64,000 nt of DNA, from the NCBI GenBank assembly GCA_964187785.1, contig OZ076409.1, forward strand, positions 81,594,001-81,658,000. The letters are read 5' to 3'. This DNA comes from Amphiscolops sp. MND2022 (lineage: Eukaryota). Positions 12,040-26,200 of this stretch are shown here, piece after piece. Positions within the stretch are counted from its first letter, which is position 1; each line of letters starts with the position of its first letter. Position numbers and translations under genes: made by a program. The notes below the pieces were generated by a model. It was not told the origin of the DNA and did not search any database. It saw only the letters and a list, made by a program, of their open reading frames with translations.

Positions 12040-12759
12040 TGTAACGGCACGCGCTAAGCGATTGTATCGTGACAATAGAATGAAGGAACTGGTATCATGG
12101 ATATGGTCCGGGACAAGCCACCATGACACCAGCTCACTTTGTCCTCCTAAGGATAGCCGGTCCCGAGGAGGGGGAACCGTCTCCAAGGATGCTCTCTGGC
12201 CTGTTACCAGTCTGTAACTGCTAGGAATCACGGGCATTGTGCTTTTTCTCCTCACAACCACCGCGTAAATGGCTTGTAAATACGGCAAGTTCGTAAATAT
12301 CTGAATTTCTTCAGTGGGAATCTGGGTAAATGCAACAAACAAGAAAATAGCCCTCGAGCATATTATTAATTACACACAAAAAGTACACAAATTATAATAA
12401 CGGAGTCCAGTCCGGCGAAAGCTGTGGATATTAGGGCGGCATGGCACCAGCGCTCGAGCTGGGCACAATCCCCGGGCACGGGTACAGTCCTGAGGCTGTC
12501 ATGATGTTTCTGGGTTCAGCACTGCAAAACAAAGATTTCTGCGAGCAAACACCGTGTTTTTTGTTTGCTCTTGCTGGTTTCACTGTCTACACTGGCGATC
12601 GTCTCGCTCTCTTTCGCCGGGCGTCTTCTTTTACCGTCTTTCAACACTTTCTGCTGACAGGTACTTCGCCAAAATCATGCTTGGGGGCCACTTCAGTTTT
12701 GAACGACGAATTTTTCAAAAATGGTGTCAAATTTTTGTTGACAATAGGATGCCGTTACA
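12040..12759. mobile_element. 720-bp element with TG...CA ends (solo LTR or TIR element)
   Basis: 10-bp perfect terminal inverted repeat TGTAACGGCA / TGCCGTTACA, with TAA on both flanks. More GC-rich than its surroundings. Confidence 0.6.
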
Positions 12760-13773
12760 TAAATTGCTACTTTTTTTCTGATAAAAATTCATTTGTTCCA
12801 ACACTTCACTTTTTCAAACGTTTTTGGCTCACAAAGAGCGTTTTGCAAAATTTGAGGGCCTCTTTCTGGGCTTTTTGCCTGTGAGAGTTTTTCCGGGGAG
12901 AAAAATTTCGACTTGATTTTTAGTCGGTGCTTTCGTAGAAAACGCAGATTATAGTCTTGGCTTTATTAAGACCAACGAAGTGACAGGTTGTATAAGTTTT
13001 AGAAGCTGTTGCTTCTACTGTTTACTGCCACACTAAACTTGTAACTTCTAGTGCCACTTGGCACAGCGGTTAATGAAGAGTTTTGAGATCTGCGAAGCAG
13101 AAGGACGTTGTTTCGAGTCTCGCACTTGACCAATTGTTTTTTGTGCATGCTATTTTGGCTTCGTGAGACTTTTCGTTGCAAATTTTTTAATGTCTCCAAA
13201 GGGTCCCCACTTCAATTTTTCGATATTTTGCAACAAAATGAATATTCAAAAAACCCAAAGCCCCCTTTTTACAATTTTCTGCATTGCCCGATTATTTCAA
13301 TGTCTGTCCTAAAATTTTCTCAGGTTTTCTCAGCAAGCTATAACCAAAATTTGTTTTTTTAAAGCTGACGTTTTTTCCATGCGTCTGCCAATTTTATCGA
13401 AACCTTTTGGCACTATGAGATTTACCGGATACTTCTAGAATTAGTTTCCTCAATTTTTAGTGTTTTGAGAGGTTTTGTTGTCTCCAGTTGGGGAAAAAAG
13501 TGGTTTCTAAGTCTTCTGCAGATTCCTAGAGGTATATTTTGGGACTATAAAACTGATGAAGTGTACTTTTGCATTTGTGAAAAACTTCTCTGTTTTGAAC
13601 CTTGAGCGGGGTTCACTATGCCGATTTAGGCCATTCCCGGCTTGTTGACGGTATGTCCGGTCTATATTGTGTTTTGCTAAGAATCAGGCGGATGTTCGAA
13701 ATCATTGCTCTGTATCCGAAAGTTGACGTTGAGAAACACAAGCTCGACATGGTTTCCAAAATTTGCGTCTTTT

Positions 13774-13947
13774 GATGTTCCGAGTTAGGTGTGACTTATC
13801 TGGAAAATATTCTTCAATCGAAGGGTACCCCCTTCAGTTTTATAAATGTCTTCGACTTCACTCGATGTTCCGAGTTAGGTGTGACTTATCTGGAAAATAT
13901 TCTTCAATCGAAGGGTACCCCCTTCAGTTTTATAAATGTCTTCGACT
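13774..13947. repeat. Direct tandem duplication, 90-bp period
   Basis: GATGTTCCGAGTTAGGTGTGAC...GTCTTCGACT at 13774 and 13864. Confidence 0.9.
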
Positions 13948-14691
13948 AAAAAAGCGTTCAGCGAGCTTAAGTAGCCTATTTTGACCGAAGAAAAACAAAT
14001 TTTGGAAAATTAAATTTTGAAAAAATTCGCTTTGATGTTTTCACTTGGGGAAATCTTGCGTTGTTCATTAACCTCATCGATTTGTTATGACATGGCGTCA
14101 TGTCTGAGATGGTATCGTTACTTAACAACCAGCTCTTGAAGGTCTCCTTGGAAGCTTTTCCTTAGGGTTGTTTATTGCCCAGACGTTTTAGTTTTCAAAC
14201 TATGTCTTTGGTATTATGAGGTTCACAATGGAACCGGATAAATTTCTAATCTCAACAACTGCTGCTTAATGCGAATTTTTCCACTCACATCAGACTTTTA
14301 TCACACTGCCTCGAAAGTTCACGCTAAAACTGGAATCACAACCAAACACTGAAATTTTCATCGAACATTCTAGCAATTTTGAAAGCAAAGTACCTTTAAT
14401 CACATTTCAAAATGCCTCTGTTTAATGCATGCCGTTTGAGAAACAAAAATTACATCAGTTAAAAAGTTGGGAAGTCAAAGGGTGTGTGACATGACGTCAA
14501 TCATGTACTCATTCTCTCTTGTTTTAAAAACAGCAGTACTGACATTTAAATACTCGTCAACAGTACTCTCCTGGTATCTAACGCTGAACTATTTGCTTAA
14601 CGTATTACCACGATAACTTACTGAATAGAACATTCAGCTCAAATTTTTTTAGGTATGTTATTCCATAAGACACAAGATAACGCAGCAAAGC

Positions 14692-15960
14692 ATGATGGAC
14701 AGTCAAAAATCATCGGAGAGCACAGGCTCTTCATGTAGAGTAATGTCAGGAAGAGCAAACACAAAAACTGAAAAACCTCCAAAAAACACGTTACCAAAAT
14801 TTGAGAAACGTGGGATACAGGGGGCGAAGCTTTTGTGCAGGAAATTCACACAATACATAAAATTGACCCAGAGATTCGACGTCAATGAGATGACGACGGA
14901 CCGTTAAATACTATCAAACTTCAGAGACAATCTGGAACACCGGAACAAATATTTATTTATTTGGGCATTGGCCGAATCGGCCATACCGGAGATTACATGA
15001 ACTGTTGGAGGTAATGATTCAGACAAAATGGACCAACATTTGTACCGCAACGAAGTAAATTTTACAGCAGAGCTGATTTCTTTGCAATAACAAGGGAAAA
15101 CACGAAACAGCAAAAGACGTGTGGACGAGAATATTACAAGTGGAAAAGAACTGCGAGTTCGATAAAGTAACACCAGCCGAACTAATAGCCTCAAAAATAT
15201 TTTTCGTTTAACGGCAGATCAACCGGCGTTTAAGAATTAAAGAAGAGAATCCGCAAAAGTGACTTGACTACTGAAACAACAACAGCTCTAAAATACGAAC
15301 ACATGTATGCGCGACTAAAGGATTCAAATAACAATGACAGAAAAGCGACAAAATGGTTCAGGAACAACCGTACAAAAATGGACACAAAATCAGACAAGGA
15401 TAGAATGAGGAAAAGACTGTACAACCAGAAACACAAACCGAGAGATATCCGGCGTGGACAATGCGGCGCGTATGCTCAGCAAAACCAGCAGTAAGTAGAA
15501 ACAGCAAAAGGAGGGGACACTAGTAAAAGATGTGTATATCGAAGAAAAGTTTCCAATACGTGGAAAGAACAACCTCGTCAGCAGAAGAAGACAATTGAGA
15601 GTACGACAGAATTCAGAAAATAAACGTTACCAAACAGAAGAAAGATTTTACAACGCAACACTATTGGTTAACAATTTACCAATCAAATTCATTATCGAGA
15701 GTCGATAGCCGGTCACTATTATTTTGGAATGCTTATTCAACGATATAACTACATTTGAACCATTCAAGACCACTTATAGAGACGTATAGAACCAAAAGAG
15801 TGTTTTCACTGGACAAACGAAAGCACTGGTCGATACAAACAAAGAAACAATCAAATTGCCATTACTAGTTAGGAGAGCAAAACCCTCCTCGTCAACAGGT
15901 TTGGATTGGATGCAACAGCTAAAAGTAAACTTGAGCTCAAACAACGAAGCAATCTAATTT
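14692..15960 (+). mobile_element. Degenerate Ty3/Gypsy gag-protease relic
   Basis: Fragmented frames. FYNATLLVNNLPIKFIIES..PVTII looks like a decayed retropepsin active site, followed by GLDWMQQLKVNL. Confidence 0.55.
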
Positions 15961-16239
15961 ATCCAATTCACCAATTTATTCTGTCTAGATTTCATTTGTA
16001 CTTCCCTAGAAAAATTAATATAACTCCCTCTATTTTTTGTCTACATTGAAATTGTAAAGCACAGTGGTTTGTACCTGATTTTGTATCTGATTTGTACCTC
16101 CTCTGATGAGTCATAAACTCTTCATCCCTCTTTCGTTCATCCCAGACATAACGCGGCATCTCTGTTAGTGTCTATCATAAAATACTTTGACTACGCCGTT
16201 CATCTTTTCTAAGATAACATACCAACTAAAACAAGACGC

Positions 16240-17151
16240 CCCAGCGTTCGAAGTCATGTTACCCTTGCCAAGATCCATGACATGTTCGACAAGTTCTTTG
16301 CTAGCCTTGCCAAGATCTTGCCATGATCTTGCAATGATCTTGCCATGATCTTGCCATGATCTTGGCAAGGATACCATGGCGATGCAAGATCGTGCAAAGG
16401 CTAACCATGATTAACCATGACCGGGGAAGGGTTCCATGGTACCATTCGCGAAATTTTTGGAAAATTCAGAGCTCTTATTTTCAAATTGTAACTAGTATCT
16501 AAAATTTTATTCGGACCAAAAAACAGACATGCACAGGGTTAAACAGAAGAAAATACTTAAGACATTAAAGGAAAATTGTTTTTGCTCCGACCATTTTAAG
16601 TTTTCATTGCATTTTCGAACTTCAGTAATTAGAACCCGGTACCTCAATAGATAAAGTAATAGCATGATTTGCATAATTGTAAATAAATCATAGGTAGAAA
16701 AGTTGGTTTTCACACCAATATCGCAAACCCGCAAGTTGCAATAATTCGGAGTTTGCTTTGTATGATAGTTTTTGATAGTAGTAACAATGCAGTGCTCTCA
16801 TGTAACAAAACTCGGTCAATAGGTGCAGCAAATTATTGAGCAAGTTTTGGATAATTTTCAATTGAAAAACTATATTTTCGATCAAAAAATTTTTTGTCCG
16901 AAGTTATTACAATGGCTAATTCAGAAATTGCAGAGGACAAGGAACTTTTGCGAAAAAAATAAGTTATACACAATTAATACCAGCCTAAATGTCTTACCAT
17001 AGTTATCTTGTCGAGATCTTGCCATGATCTTGACAAGCGTTCCATGTACCATGTTTTGCCATGATCTTGACAAGGGTACCATGGTTAACCATGATTTAGC
17101 AAGATTTATTACTATGATCATGGCAAGGGTTCCATGGCTTCGAACACTGGG
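16240..17151. mobile_element. Non-autonomous EnSpm/CMC-type MITE (912 bp)
   Basis: TIR CCCAGCGTTCGAAGTCATG / CATGGCTTCGAACACTGGG. 2-bp TSD GC. Subterminal CCATGATCTTG repeats at both ends. Confidence 0.85.
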
Positions 17152-17194
17152 GCCCGCTAAATTCCTGGATATTTTCCGTCTGGTCAAAAAAATC

Positions 17195-17267
17195 AGGCGG
17201 AGGCTAGATTCGAGCCCACTACCTACTCATTGATATGCGGATGCGCTATCAACTGCGCCATCCTGCC
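17195..17267 (-). repeat. tRNA-derived repeat (SINE-head-like), same family as 26681-26752
   Basis: Minus strand GGCAGGA-TGGCGCAGTTGATAGCGC (box A-like)...GGGCTCGAATCT (box B-like)...TCCGCCT. Flanks shared with the copy at 26650-26775. Confidence 0.55.
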
Positions 17268-17729
17268 TCGAATAGCAACTAACAGAAAGCAACTAATATA
17301 TGGAGATTATGGAGATTTGACAGAATTTGTAAAAAACGCCACACCGATTATATTTTTCCTCCACTACACAAAAAATGTGGGGGTGGAAAATGGCAAGAAG
17401 CCACAAGTACTGTACATTGAACCGGTTGTTGAACTAATTTTCAAAGTTCTTTATTGTTCACTTTAGTTTAGAACTCATATAACTCAGTTGATTTACACCA
17501 TCAACTGTTTTCTCGAATTATCCCCATTAATCAAATTAGGAATTGGACTATTTTTTTTCCTCTTCAGATTTATTTCTGTGGCTTACCACTGGGGCAAAGG
17601 TAGCTTATTTGGTTAAGAGATTGTTCGTCCTAAAAAATTAGGCTCTGGAAAACTGCTTTCTTCTTTCATTATTGTTTCATTAGCTTGCCTAAGAAACAAA
17701 AAACATGAAATTTTAAAACTCTTTTGGTT

Positions 17730-20700
17730 CCCACATATGGAAATTGCCGGTAAAAGTTGGATCAATGTTGATCATAGTTGGATCGCACAAGGCTTTGAAG
17801 TTTGTGAGTTGCGCTGTCGCGAGCAGCAATACTCACAAAGATTCTGTGGTCAAGCTGAACAGGTTTTCATCCGTTTGGCTTCTTTTTGACTTTCGTGTGG
17901 CGAAGCAATGTCGATTTGAGGCCATCTTGAAGCTGGCATGCGCAGCCAATCAGACCGTTGTCTGCACAGGTGGTGACTTTGATGTTTTCGAGGCGACATT
18001 CACCTACTAGCGCAAACGGCTGGATTCGACCCCGTGGGGAGGTGTTTCTAATTTTCTGATTAGACTGATTTTTGCTCCAAACAAAGAGTTTTCAACGACG
18101 CGGGTGATCCATTAACCAAACCATTGTGATTGTAGAATCGGTCCAAGCAAAAACGTTTAGGTCGGGAAATCGTTCGTCATCCAAGGTAATTATGTTTGAC
18201 TGGATAAGTTCCGCTTCCATTAGATCTACACAGCTGTATTTGAGGACCACAAAGTGTTATAATTGGTGTAAATTGTGTTTTAGCTACGAGAAGTTGCATT
18301 CGAAAATGTCTTTGGTTGATGGGTTGACAGCTGTGGACAGCTGCAGCGTAAGCGGTTGTAGAGGCGTCACAGAAACAGTGAAGTCGAAGTGAGTTCTTGG
18401 AAGTGAGCTATGAGGAATGAAACTTGAGAGGTCGATTTCTTCGATTGATTTGAGATAGCCGGAGATGTTTGTGTTATTGTGAGCGGTTGTGATTCAATGT
18501 TTGATCCCAAGACAAGTTATCCAGCGAACGTGCTTGAATGAACGTTAATAAATGGACGACAATTGGTGGGAGAAAATTCAACAAGTCAAAATTGCGGGTA
18601 ATTTGGAAGAGTATATTTGTTTGTAGGGTTTTATTTGCCTGTTTTACTTTGAACATGTCCTGTCTTGGTTTCCAGACAGTGTTTTGAAGAAGTAATTAGG
18701 ACACGATTTGCTTGGTGTCAGCTGATTTAGGTGTCAATAGGTGTCGGTAATGTGTTCAACAAGTAAAAGATCACTCGATGACCACCTACGTACATGTTGG
18801 CAATGTCGTCTGACGAAACTAATTTGTGAAAACTGAACCTAACTTGATCCAGATACTGAAGAGATGGTTTTGACTTTTCAGACTATGCACGAGGTTGTTG
18901 TTTATTGAAACTCCGGAAGTTGTTTTTTTTTGTCGAGGCGTCAAAATTATTACGAAGCTTTGGTGTCGTTTTGGACTTCTTGAGGACACAGAGGTGTGGC
19001 AGGTAGAATGCCTTGCTGGTTACGATTTAGATTTCAGACTGCGGGATTTCTGCAAGTCTCCCAGAGCCAAAGGGACAGTCACCAAAAAGTATGGCCCAAT
19101 TTTTGAAGGGTAGTTCTACAAGTAGGTTTCCGTCTTCATTACGTGTGTGGTTTGTTGGAAGTTTTGGTCGCAGGCTTGTTTTTTTTGTGAAGAGATGGCT
19201 TCAAGAAAGATCTTCAATCTCCCAAAGTTTCTTGAGGGTTTCTTCTTCACGAGTCAAAATCAATGCGCTGAGGCAGGTTGTGAGGGTTTCAATTGTCACC
19301 TCAAATGACGTGAACCACCAAAATGCGAACCTCCAATGACAACCCGCCCATGCAACGAATCAAGGTATGCTAAATTGTTTCTTTCTTTGATCCATGCATT
19401 CAACATGATCGTTTCAAAAAGTTCATTTCCTTTGAGCATGTCGATTCCCGAGGGTGTGTTAAATGTCGTATCGAACAGCTTGAGATTTAGAAGAAGCCTA
19501 GCAGACGATGTCGGGACTGTGCATGAATGCAAGATGTTGGTTAGATCCGACAATATAAAGGCTCTCGCTGGAATAGATGCTGCTCTCAAAGGGGTGATAA
19601 GGAAGTCTGTGACTCCTAAATGTTGGAGCTCATCCTGAACGCCCAGACAAAATATGTGCACTTGTTGTTTTTTCACTGGAAGACCTAGTCCTGTGATTGG
19701 ATTTACAGTGATGTGAGTACTTTGGGAACCGGGGTCGAGAGGTGGTCGGCAGAGGGTCATTTCACGATTTAGCAAAATTGATATCATGGAAGTATGCAGG
19801 AAGACTGCTCCTGTTGTTTGATGAGAGAAGGTTTGATGCTGCAGGTTGCATTGTTTACAGGTCGTTCCTCTTCATTCGTGTTTTCGGTGGCCTGTTCGCA
19901 AGAAATTGAAGCATTTTTTTTGAGTTCGACTTACTCAGTTCGATTCGGAACAGAAATTTGATTGAACTTTGGGCAGATATGAATTTTGTGAGTGCAATTG
20001 CAACAGTCGCAATTGATTTCGTTCGTCGTTGTGGTTGTATTGTAGTTCCGTTGTGAACAGTGTGGTTGTTAGTTGTGTCTTTGACGTTTTGCACAGCGAT
20101 GTTGTGATGAACTAGTTGGCGCTCAGAATGTAGATGCTTCTAGAGCAAGACATCATGCTTCGAGAAATTATTCGGGACGTTGTACGTTTGAGGATCTGTT
20201 CCTTGCGTTGAGAGTTACCCTAAAATTCCTAGTGTCGGCAGAGAGTTTTTTCTGTGACGAGGTATTTTGGAACAAAAATTGCTGATCAACTGGTTGGCTG
20301 TAATTTTCCAGGGCCAATCGATGATCTTGTACAGTTTCTATCTTGAGCTGTTTCGTTGGCAAGCTGTTTCTGCGTAATAATGGCATGTACGTTCGCGCGC
20401 AAAATGTGGTTGTTCTGGTAACCAATATCTTCGAGGCGACAGTGTAGGTAGAGTCTGTGATAGTTACTGATGCTAGAAGCTTTGCTGCATCGCCTTCAAA
20501 GATGCTTTGTGACACTGTAAATCCTGGCTGTTCTGGAGAGTTCCAATTTGTGAAATGCTCCAGTGAACAAGTCGCAAATGATGTCCATGAAAGATGATTT
20601 CCTGAAAAGCCGGCAGTTCCACTTTAGGTAACTTGGCTGTAGCTGATGATGGCTTGCTTCTTCTTCTTGTTGGTGATGTTGATGTTAATACATGTAGAAC

Positions 20701-21080
20701 AAAGTATGTTTTGCTCTTGAAATACTGTCAATATGTCTTCAAAACATTTGGATGCTTCGATCTTCCAACCTTTGGATGCTTTCGAATTTATTGAAACCTG
20801 AAATACTTCGTACGCAGTGGAAAGTATCCTGTATGGATTGACGTTACAGGTTTGAAACTTTGATTGATGACAAAAGGAAATCTTCAAAGAACTTGTTCGT
20901 TTTGTATTTTGTTCGAAAAGTTGGCGGATTTAATTCGGATAAATTCGCATTGCCAGAGCGGAAAGCAATATGCCTAACTGCATCTTCAACTGTCAAACCA
21001 TTTTTCTTTATCAGAATATCCCGTTATTTTTTTGACAATGAATTAGGGTCTGAAAACTTGAAGAGTGATTCGCTTCTTCT
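17730..21080 (-). mobile_element. Degenerate BEL/Pao LTR retrotransposon gag-pol (boundaries approximate)
   Basis: Minus-strand PKVELPAFSGNHLSWT (DUF1759-like, ~20580-20630); LDPGSQSTHIT...IDMLKGNELF...DSLHGRVVIG (Pao protease); FYLPH..VLKKSKTTPKLR..FDAS (Pao RT start, ~18930-19010). Many frameshifts. Confidence 0.8.
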
Positions 21081-21247
21081 CTGAAACGTTTTTTGCTGGT
21101 TGTATTTTAGCACGAATAATTACCTACCTTTTACATTTTGTTTTGGTTCACTGGAAAAAACATCTCAGCGGTTTATTCAATTCCTTCAACCCTGTCACGT
21201 GTTCTTTCTCTTCGGTATTTTGACAAACTGCCATACCGTTCTAGGCA

Positions 21248-21832
21248 CCCGTGCTGACAATCCAGGTTAACCCACCGGTGGCCACCGCACTTCCCATCGC
21301 AGCCCCACCGGTGGCCTCCGCGGTGGCCATGACACATTTTGTGGTGGCCAGGGGTGGACCACCGGTGGCCACCGTTGGGGAAAAATTTCATGTTGTATAC
21401 AAAGTATTGCAAAAATCGTGACGCGAACCTGTATTAATTTTGTTGACTCTCCAGCGTTTACCTCTGCGTTAGAAGCTTTTGTAATTTGTTTGTTTTGCCT
21501 TAGCTATATTTGTTCTGCAGCATTGCCTACATCGCGACTCGCGTACACCCGGTGCCAAAATAGTCTTAATTGTTGCAGAACTTCTTGAGTGCAGAAGTAA
21601 ATTTTTGAAAATTTATATAACCTTCGGATTCCATAATGAAATAATAAATTTCAATTTATTTTCCATGATTCACAATTCATTTTTTTGAAAAAAAATTCCA
21701 CCGGTGACCACCGGTGGAGCACCGGTGATCACCGGTGGAAATAGTGACTGATTATCCAAAATTGTCTCCATCGGTGGTCACCGATGGTCCACCGATGGCC
21801 AGTGGTGGGTATACATGGGTTGTCAGTACGGG
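21248..21832. mobile_element. Non-autonomous EnSpm/CMC-type MITE (585 bp)
   Basis: TIR CCCGTGCTGACAATCCAGG / CATGGGTTGTCAGTACGGG. 2-bp TSD CA. Subterminal palindromic CACCGGTG repeats. Confidence 0.85.
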
Positions 21833-22648
21833 CACGCATTTAACTAGCCTAGACGATAGCAAAAAGTCTTATCATAGGGGGTTTAAAAGTTTTTGACTGA
21901 CAAGTGTTCCCTCGATTTTTTTTGTCTTCTTGAAAGTTATTTCTTGCGAACTTGGAGCCTTAGGCGGACGTAGACTTTGGTCATATCCGGCTCGTTTGTT
22001 CCAATGGAATTATTGCAGGAACGGCTAGTGAAAAAATCCCTTATTAAGTCCTAGATCCTCTAGATCTCAAGCTTGCAACAGTTCTAATAACAAAATTGAT
22101 TCAATTTATTTATTTTCAATTTGGATAAATTTGCGTAACCTCACGTTAAAATTACATTAATTTAGTAGCTGTGTTTTCCTGCTCCCCATAAAGCGAATAG
22201 AACGAGCAAACCAGGAAATTTAAAAAGCTGTGGCGATTAAGATAAAAACCGACGTAAGCGCAGCTGCAAATCACTACATTGCAAATCATAATAACTTTGT
22301 TAGAAGTACATTAGGTACAGAGGGAAATTGCTATCATCATGACCGTCACTGTTCCGGTTATGAGAGCTATGAAATTCGTCTCCTTTTTTGTGAAATTCTT
22401 CTCCCGTGTTTGTTGTATATATCTACAAAACTGCTCTGTTTCATTAGCCATCGATCCAGAAATCGTCCTGTGAAACAGCTCAATTTTTCAATATTACCAA
22501 CGGTTTCATTCCAGCTAAAATCAATAGTAACCATTTTCAGCAACAGATCGAAGAAGAAATCTAAAGTAAACTTTTTGCATTTCTGCTAGTGTAACATTAT
22601 GTTCAACTCAAGTCACAAAAGCAAAAGCAAATTGCTTCCGGCGATAAT

Positions 22649-23215
22649 TCACTTTTTGTTCCCACAAGTTACCATGATAGTAGCTATAAGGACAAATACA
22701 AAGGTAGCACTGAAAAAAATGACAGAAGTCCAAAACATGGTCATATTCACTCTGCCTCGATATAATCTTGCTGCCAAGTCAGGCGGTAAAGGGTCCTGAT
22801 CAAGTTGGGAAGCTTCTGGGTCGTCGACTGTGAACCAACGGTACCATACAGATCTGACAGCTGCAGCGGTAAGCATGAAAAAAAAGGCGAGCGCTGCTAG
22901 AATCACGTTGCAAATCATAAACCCTTTGTTCGATGAACAATCCGTGCATAAACCGACTCCACTCATGATGACGGTGCCAATTCCAAAAGTCAAGGCAAAA
23001 ACATGGCTGAGTATCTGCAGTGTATCTCTCCTGTGCTCTAACTTATTTACACCGAATCTTGTACGGATGACGTCAAAAATAGTGCCTTTGCAAAATTAAT
23101 CCTTGACTCCTTCGTCGTCAGAGGTGCAAAGATGAAAAATTGCCATCGTTGAAAAGAATAAAGCCAATGATCCAAAAATAATAGCTAGTAGCAACATGAT
23201 TTTGTAGAGTTCCAT
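22649..23215 (-). pseudogene. Intronless four-transmembrane protein (claudin/PMP22-like topology, 188 codons) with one in-frame TAA
   Basis: ATG at 23215 is in frame with ORF 22649..22993: MELYKIMLLLAIIFGSLALFFSTMAIF...KD*FCKG (stop at 23096-23098). Four hydrophobic segments, and a Cys pair in loop 1. Confidence 0.6.
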
Positions 23216-26200
23216 CCTTTTCTAATCCTCGAGGGTTCTGCAGTCTTTGCAGATGTTATACGACAGTGTATATAAGGTCGATACAATCAGAAGGTCACCA
23301 AGAGCCCTTTGGGTCCGAGAACCCCTCTAGTTGTGGAGACCTTATATATTGTCGTATAAGGTGTTTAGGCGGCATTTAGACACAATGGATCTTTGTTTTT
23401 CGCACACACATTGGAAAAACTCAACTTTTGCATAATAAATTTCATTGAAATTATTTTTTAAACTGCCTAAAACAATCTATGTTTCTTCATTTTGATGACT
23501 AAACCATCGGCCCAATTTTTTCCCACAACTTTCTGCGTGTGTGGCGGAGGAAAAAGTTCCGACACAGAATACTCTTTGGAAAAAGATTTGGTATCACCTA
23601 TCACAAAGATAGGTTGGTAATGTCTCAAATAACGTCGGCTGCTTATGTTGTTTCTGACGCCTTTCTATTGACCATTACTTTGGATTTTTTCTTGCGATAT
23701 TCAACTTCTGATTCCTTTCCGCTCACAGAAAATGCTCTAAAACTACCAAATCAACCAACCAAAAATAACTGTCTGACGTACTTAGCAGCGTTTCCATCCG
23801 CTGTCTTTTACATTTATCTAGCTGCATAATCTCAAAGAATCCAAAGTCGACCTTCAAGTCCATGCGTTTGTTTCCAATTTTGAATGCCCAATCAATTGCT
23901 TCTCAATTACTGTTCTGAAAAAAAAATTCGTTGAAACGCTTCGAAAAAAAGGTAAACAACATTACATGGGAAATTGAACTACCTATAATGGTCAGATGAG
24001 TTACATATAGGCTCAATCACATTGTGGCATATGCCGTCACTTTGATTTTTCTGCTTCGAACTTTGTACAGAGGATTTAATTACTTGTAAAGTCGTTGGTT
24101 CACTTAGAGATAAAAAATTTCGACTTTCAATTCAGAAGTCACCAGAAACAAAAATCAATGGTCATCGCCAATTACTTTCGTTGTTTATTAGTATAGATAG
24201 TTTATCTCAATGAAAGTTTAGCATTATTGGAGAAGCACGTGAAAAAAATCATTCCGATCAAACTTTTTTGCAGCCGCTGTGCAATTTTTATAGAAAACCT
24301 AAACTACTTTTTCAGCTACGTCAAGTTTTTCAAAGTGAATTATTTCAACTTTTCTCAATAATTATATACACTCACGTACAAAAGTTCTGTCACTGGCTGA
24401 ATAAAGCCACTTGCTTCAGAGCGTTCCACAAAAAACTGAGAATTGCAATATTGCTCATATATACAATGCCTCCATATCAGAAGAGTTGTCAATGTTTCAA
24501 AAAACTTTTCACTATGTAACTCGTGAAGCTTTAGAAAGAATAGTTTTTGAGAAAACTCCTCCGTCGGCTTCGAATCTAACCTACAAGTTTTCCAAAAAAC
24601 TACTTCAAAAAAAATTGAGTACAAACCAAATTTTCATCATTGCCCGCTCCCTAATTCAATCTGCTGGGACGTTTTACATGTTCATTAAGGTTGCCAAACA
24701 TTTTTAGCCTTAGTTTGGGAGTTTCATAGATAATCATTCAAGGAGCATGCTATATCTACAGGTACTAACTAGGATTTCTATACAACTTGGGGCGTTTTTA
24801 GAGGAACATCAAGGAAATTGAAGCCAAACTTCTCCCGAAATTTTTCGAGAAAAAACCTAAAGTTTTGTAAGTAAAGACGCAATGTAGTGTGCCTGTGTGG
24901 CAAACAATTTCGTAAATTTGGACTTTTTTGCACGCAAACTACTGAAAAACGCAATATTCATCAATTCCCGGGTTGGGCTAAAAGAAAAAAGGTCGATGAC
25001 TACCTTCTTCGACGTTTTTAAGGGACTACTTTGAGAGCGGAATACTAAATTTAGCTTTTTTGACTGGTTGAAAAGTTTTTTCGATACCTTCAGCTACTTA
25101 AACTTTTTTCAAAAAGTTCAATAATGAAACAAAAACCTTCGATTTGAGTAAAAGAAAGAATCGCAATGTAATTTTGTGTTAATTAGCATCTCAAATTCTC
25201 TTCCCCACCAAGTTGGAGAGAAAAATTTCAATAAAGCAGCAGTTCGAGTGAGCTGCATGGAATGTACTCTTTCACCGCAGCAAAAGTGAAATAAAGCGAC
25301 GAAAAGTTCCAATAAAGTTCACCAAAGCTTGTGCTTTTCATGTGGGCCATAAATTTTTATTATTTGCCACATTCATCTTAGTTTTATATCACAATTCGTT
25401 TCTGCAAAGGACTGAAAGTCGGCAACTGAAAATAACCTACAACTTGGGAGTTTCAATGAGCTATATTTCCACATCGAATGACAGAATGACTTCCGGATTG
25501 GTGGGTTCTAACATTTTGTGACCCAAACTACCATGTTTCGCTTTTCTGGCAAATATCGGCCTCCAGTTCCTGTTTAACCCACTTAGCCATCATATTTGTT
25601 TCTGATCGTGTTGTGACAACAAATTTGAGTATTTGGAGTCAATATTAGTTCACCCAGAGATGCAGAAAGTGTCCAAGATAGCCTATTCATTTATCACGAA
25701 AGTATAGCTACTTGTTGTAAAACAGCGGATATTCTCTCGTAACTTCTATATTTGATTCCATCAAAGGTTTGCTTCTATGTTGTTTATTCTATTAGTCGAT
25801 GTTCCTGAGATGTTGTATAGCCATATTAGAAGGGAAAACTGACTTCTTTAAAGCAAATTGCGAGAGTTTTTAGATGTTGAATAATTCAGTTTTCATCACG
25901 GATTCGTAAAGTTTCGGGAATTTTACACTTATCTGCAACTTAAATTTATCCCAGAGACAAGCCGACGGTTCGAACGCATTAACTACTAGAATCAGCCTTT
26001 ACAGTTTCTGTGACAATTTTCTTGCCAATTTGAAAATCACTGGTATATATCGACTCTGGGAAAATTGTGAAAAAAGGCAGCGCAAAAAATAATCATTGAA
26101 AGAATATAAATATAAATATAAATATAATAAAGATAACTAAAAGTTTTATAAGATTGACAAACAAACTATTAATATTAGCCGGTAGTTTCTATAATTTTGA

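Noticed and set aside
16100..16140. Hammerhead ribozyme core (CTGATGAG; also at 45324)
   Set aside because: No correctly placed GAAA or supporting stems found.
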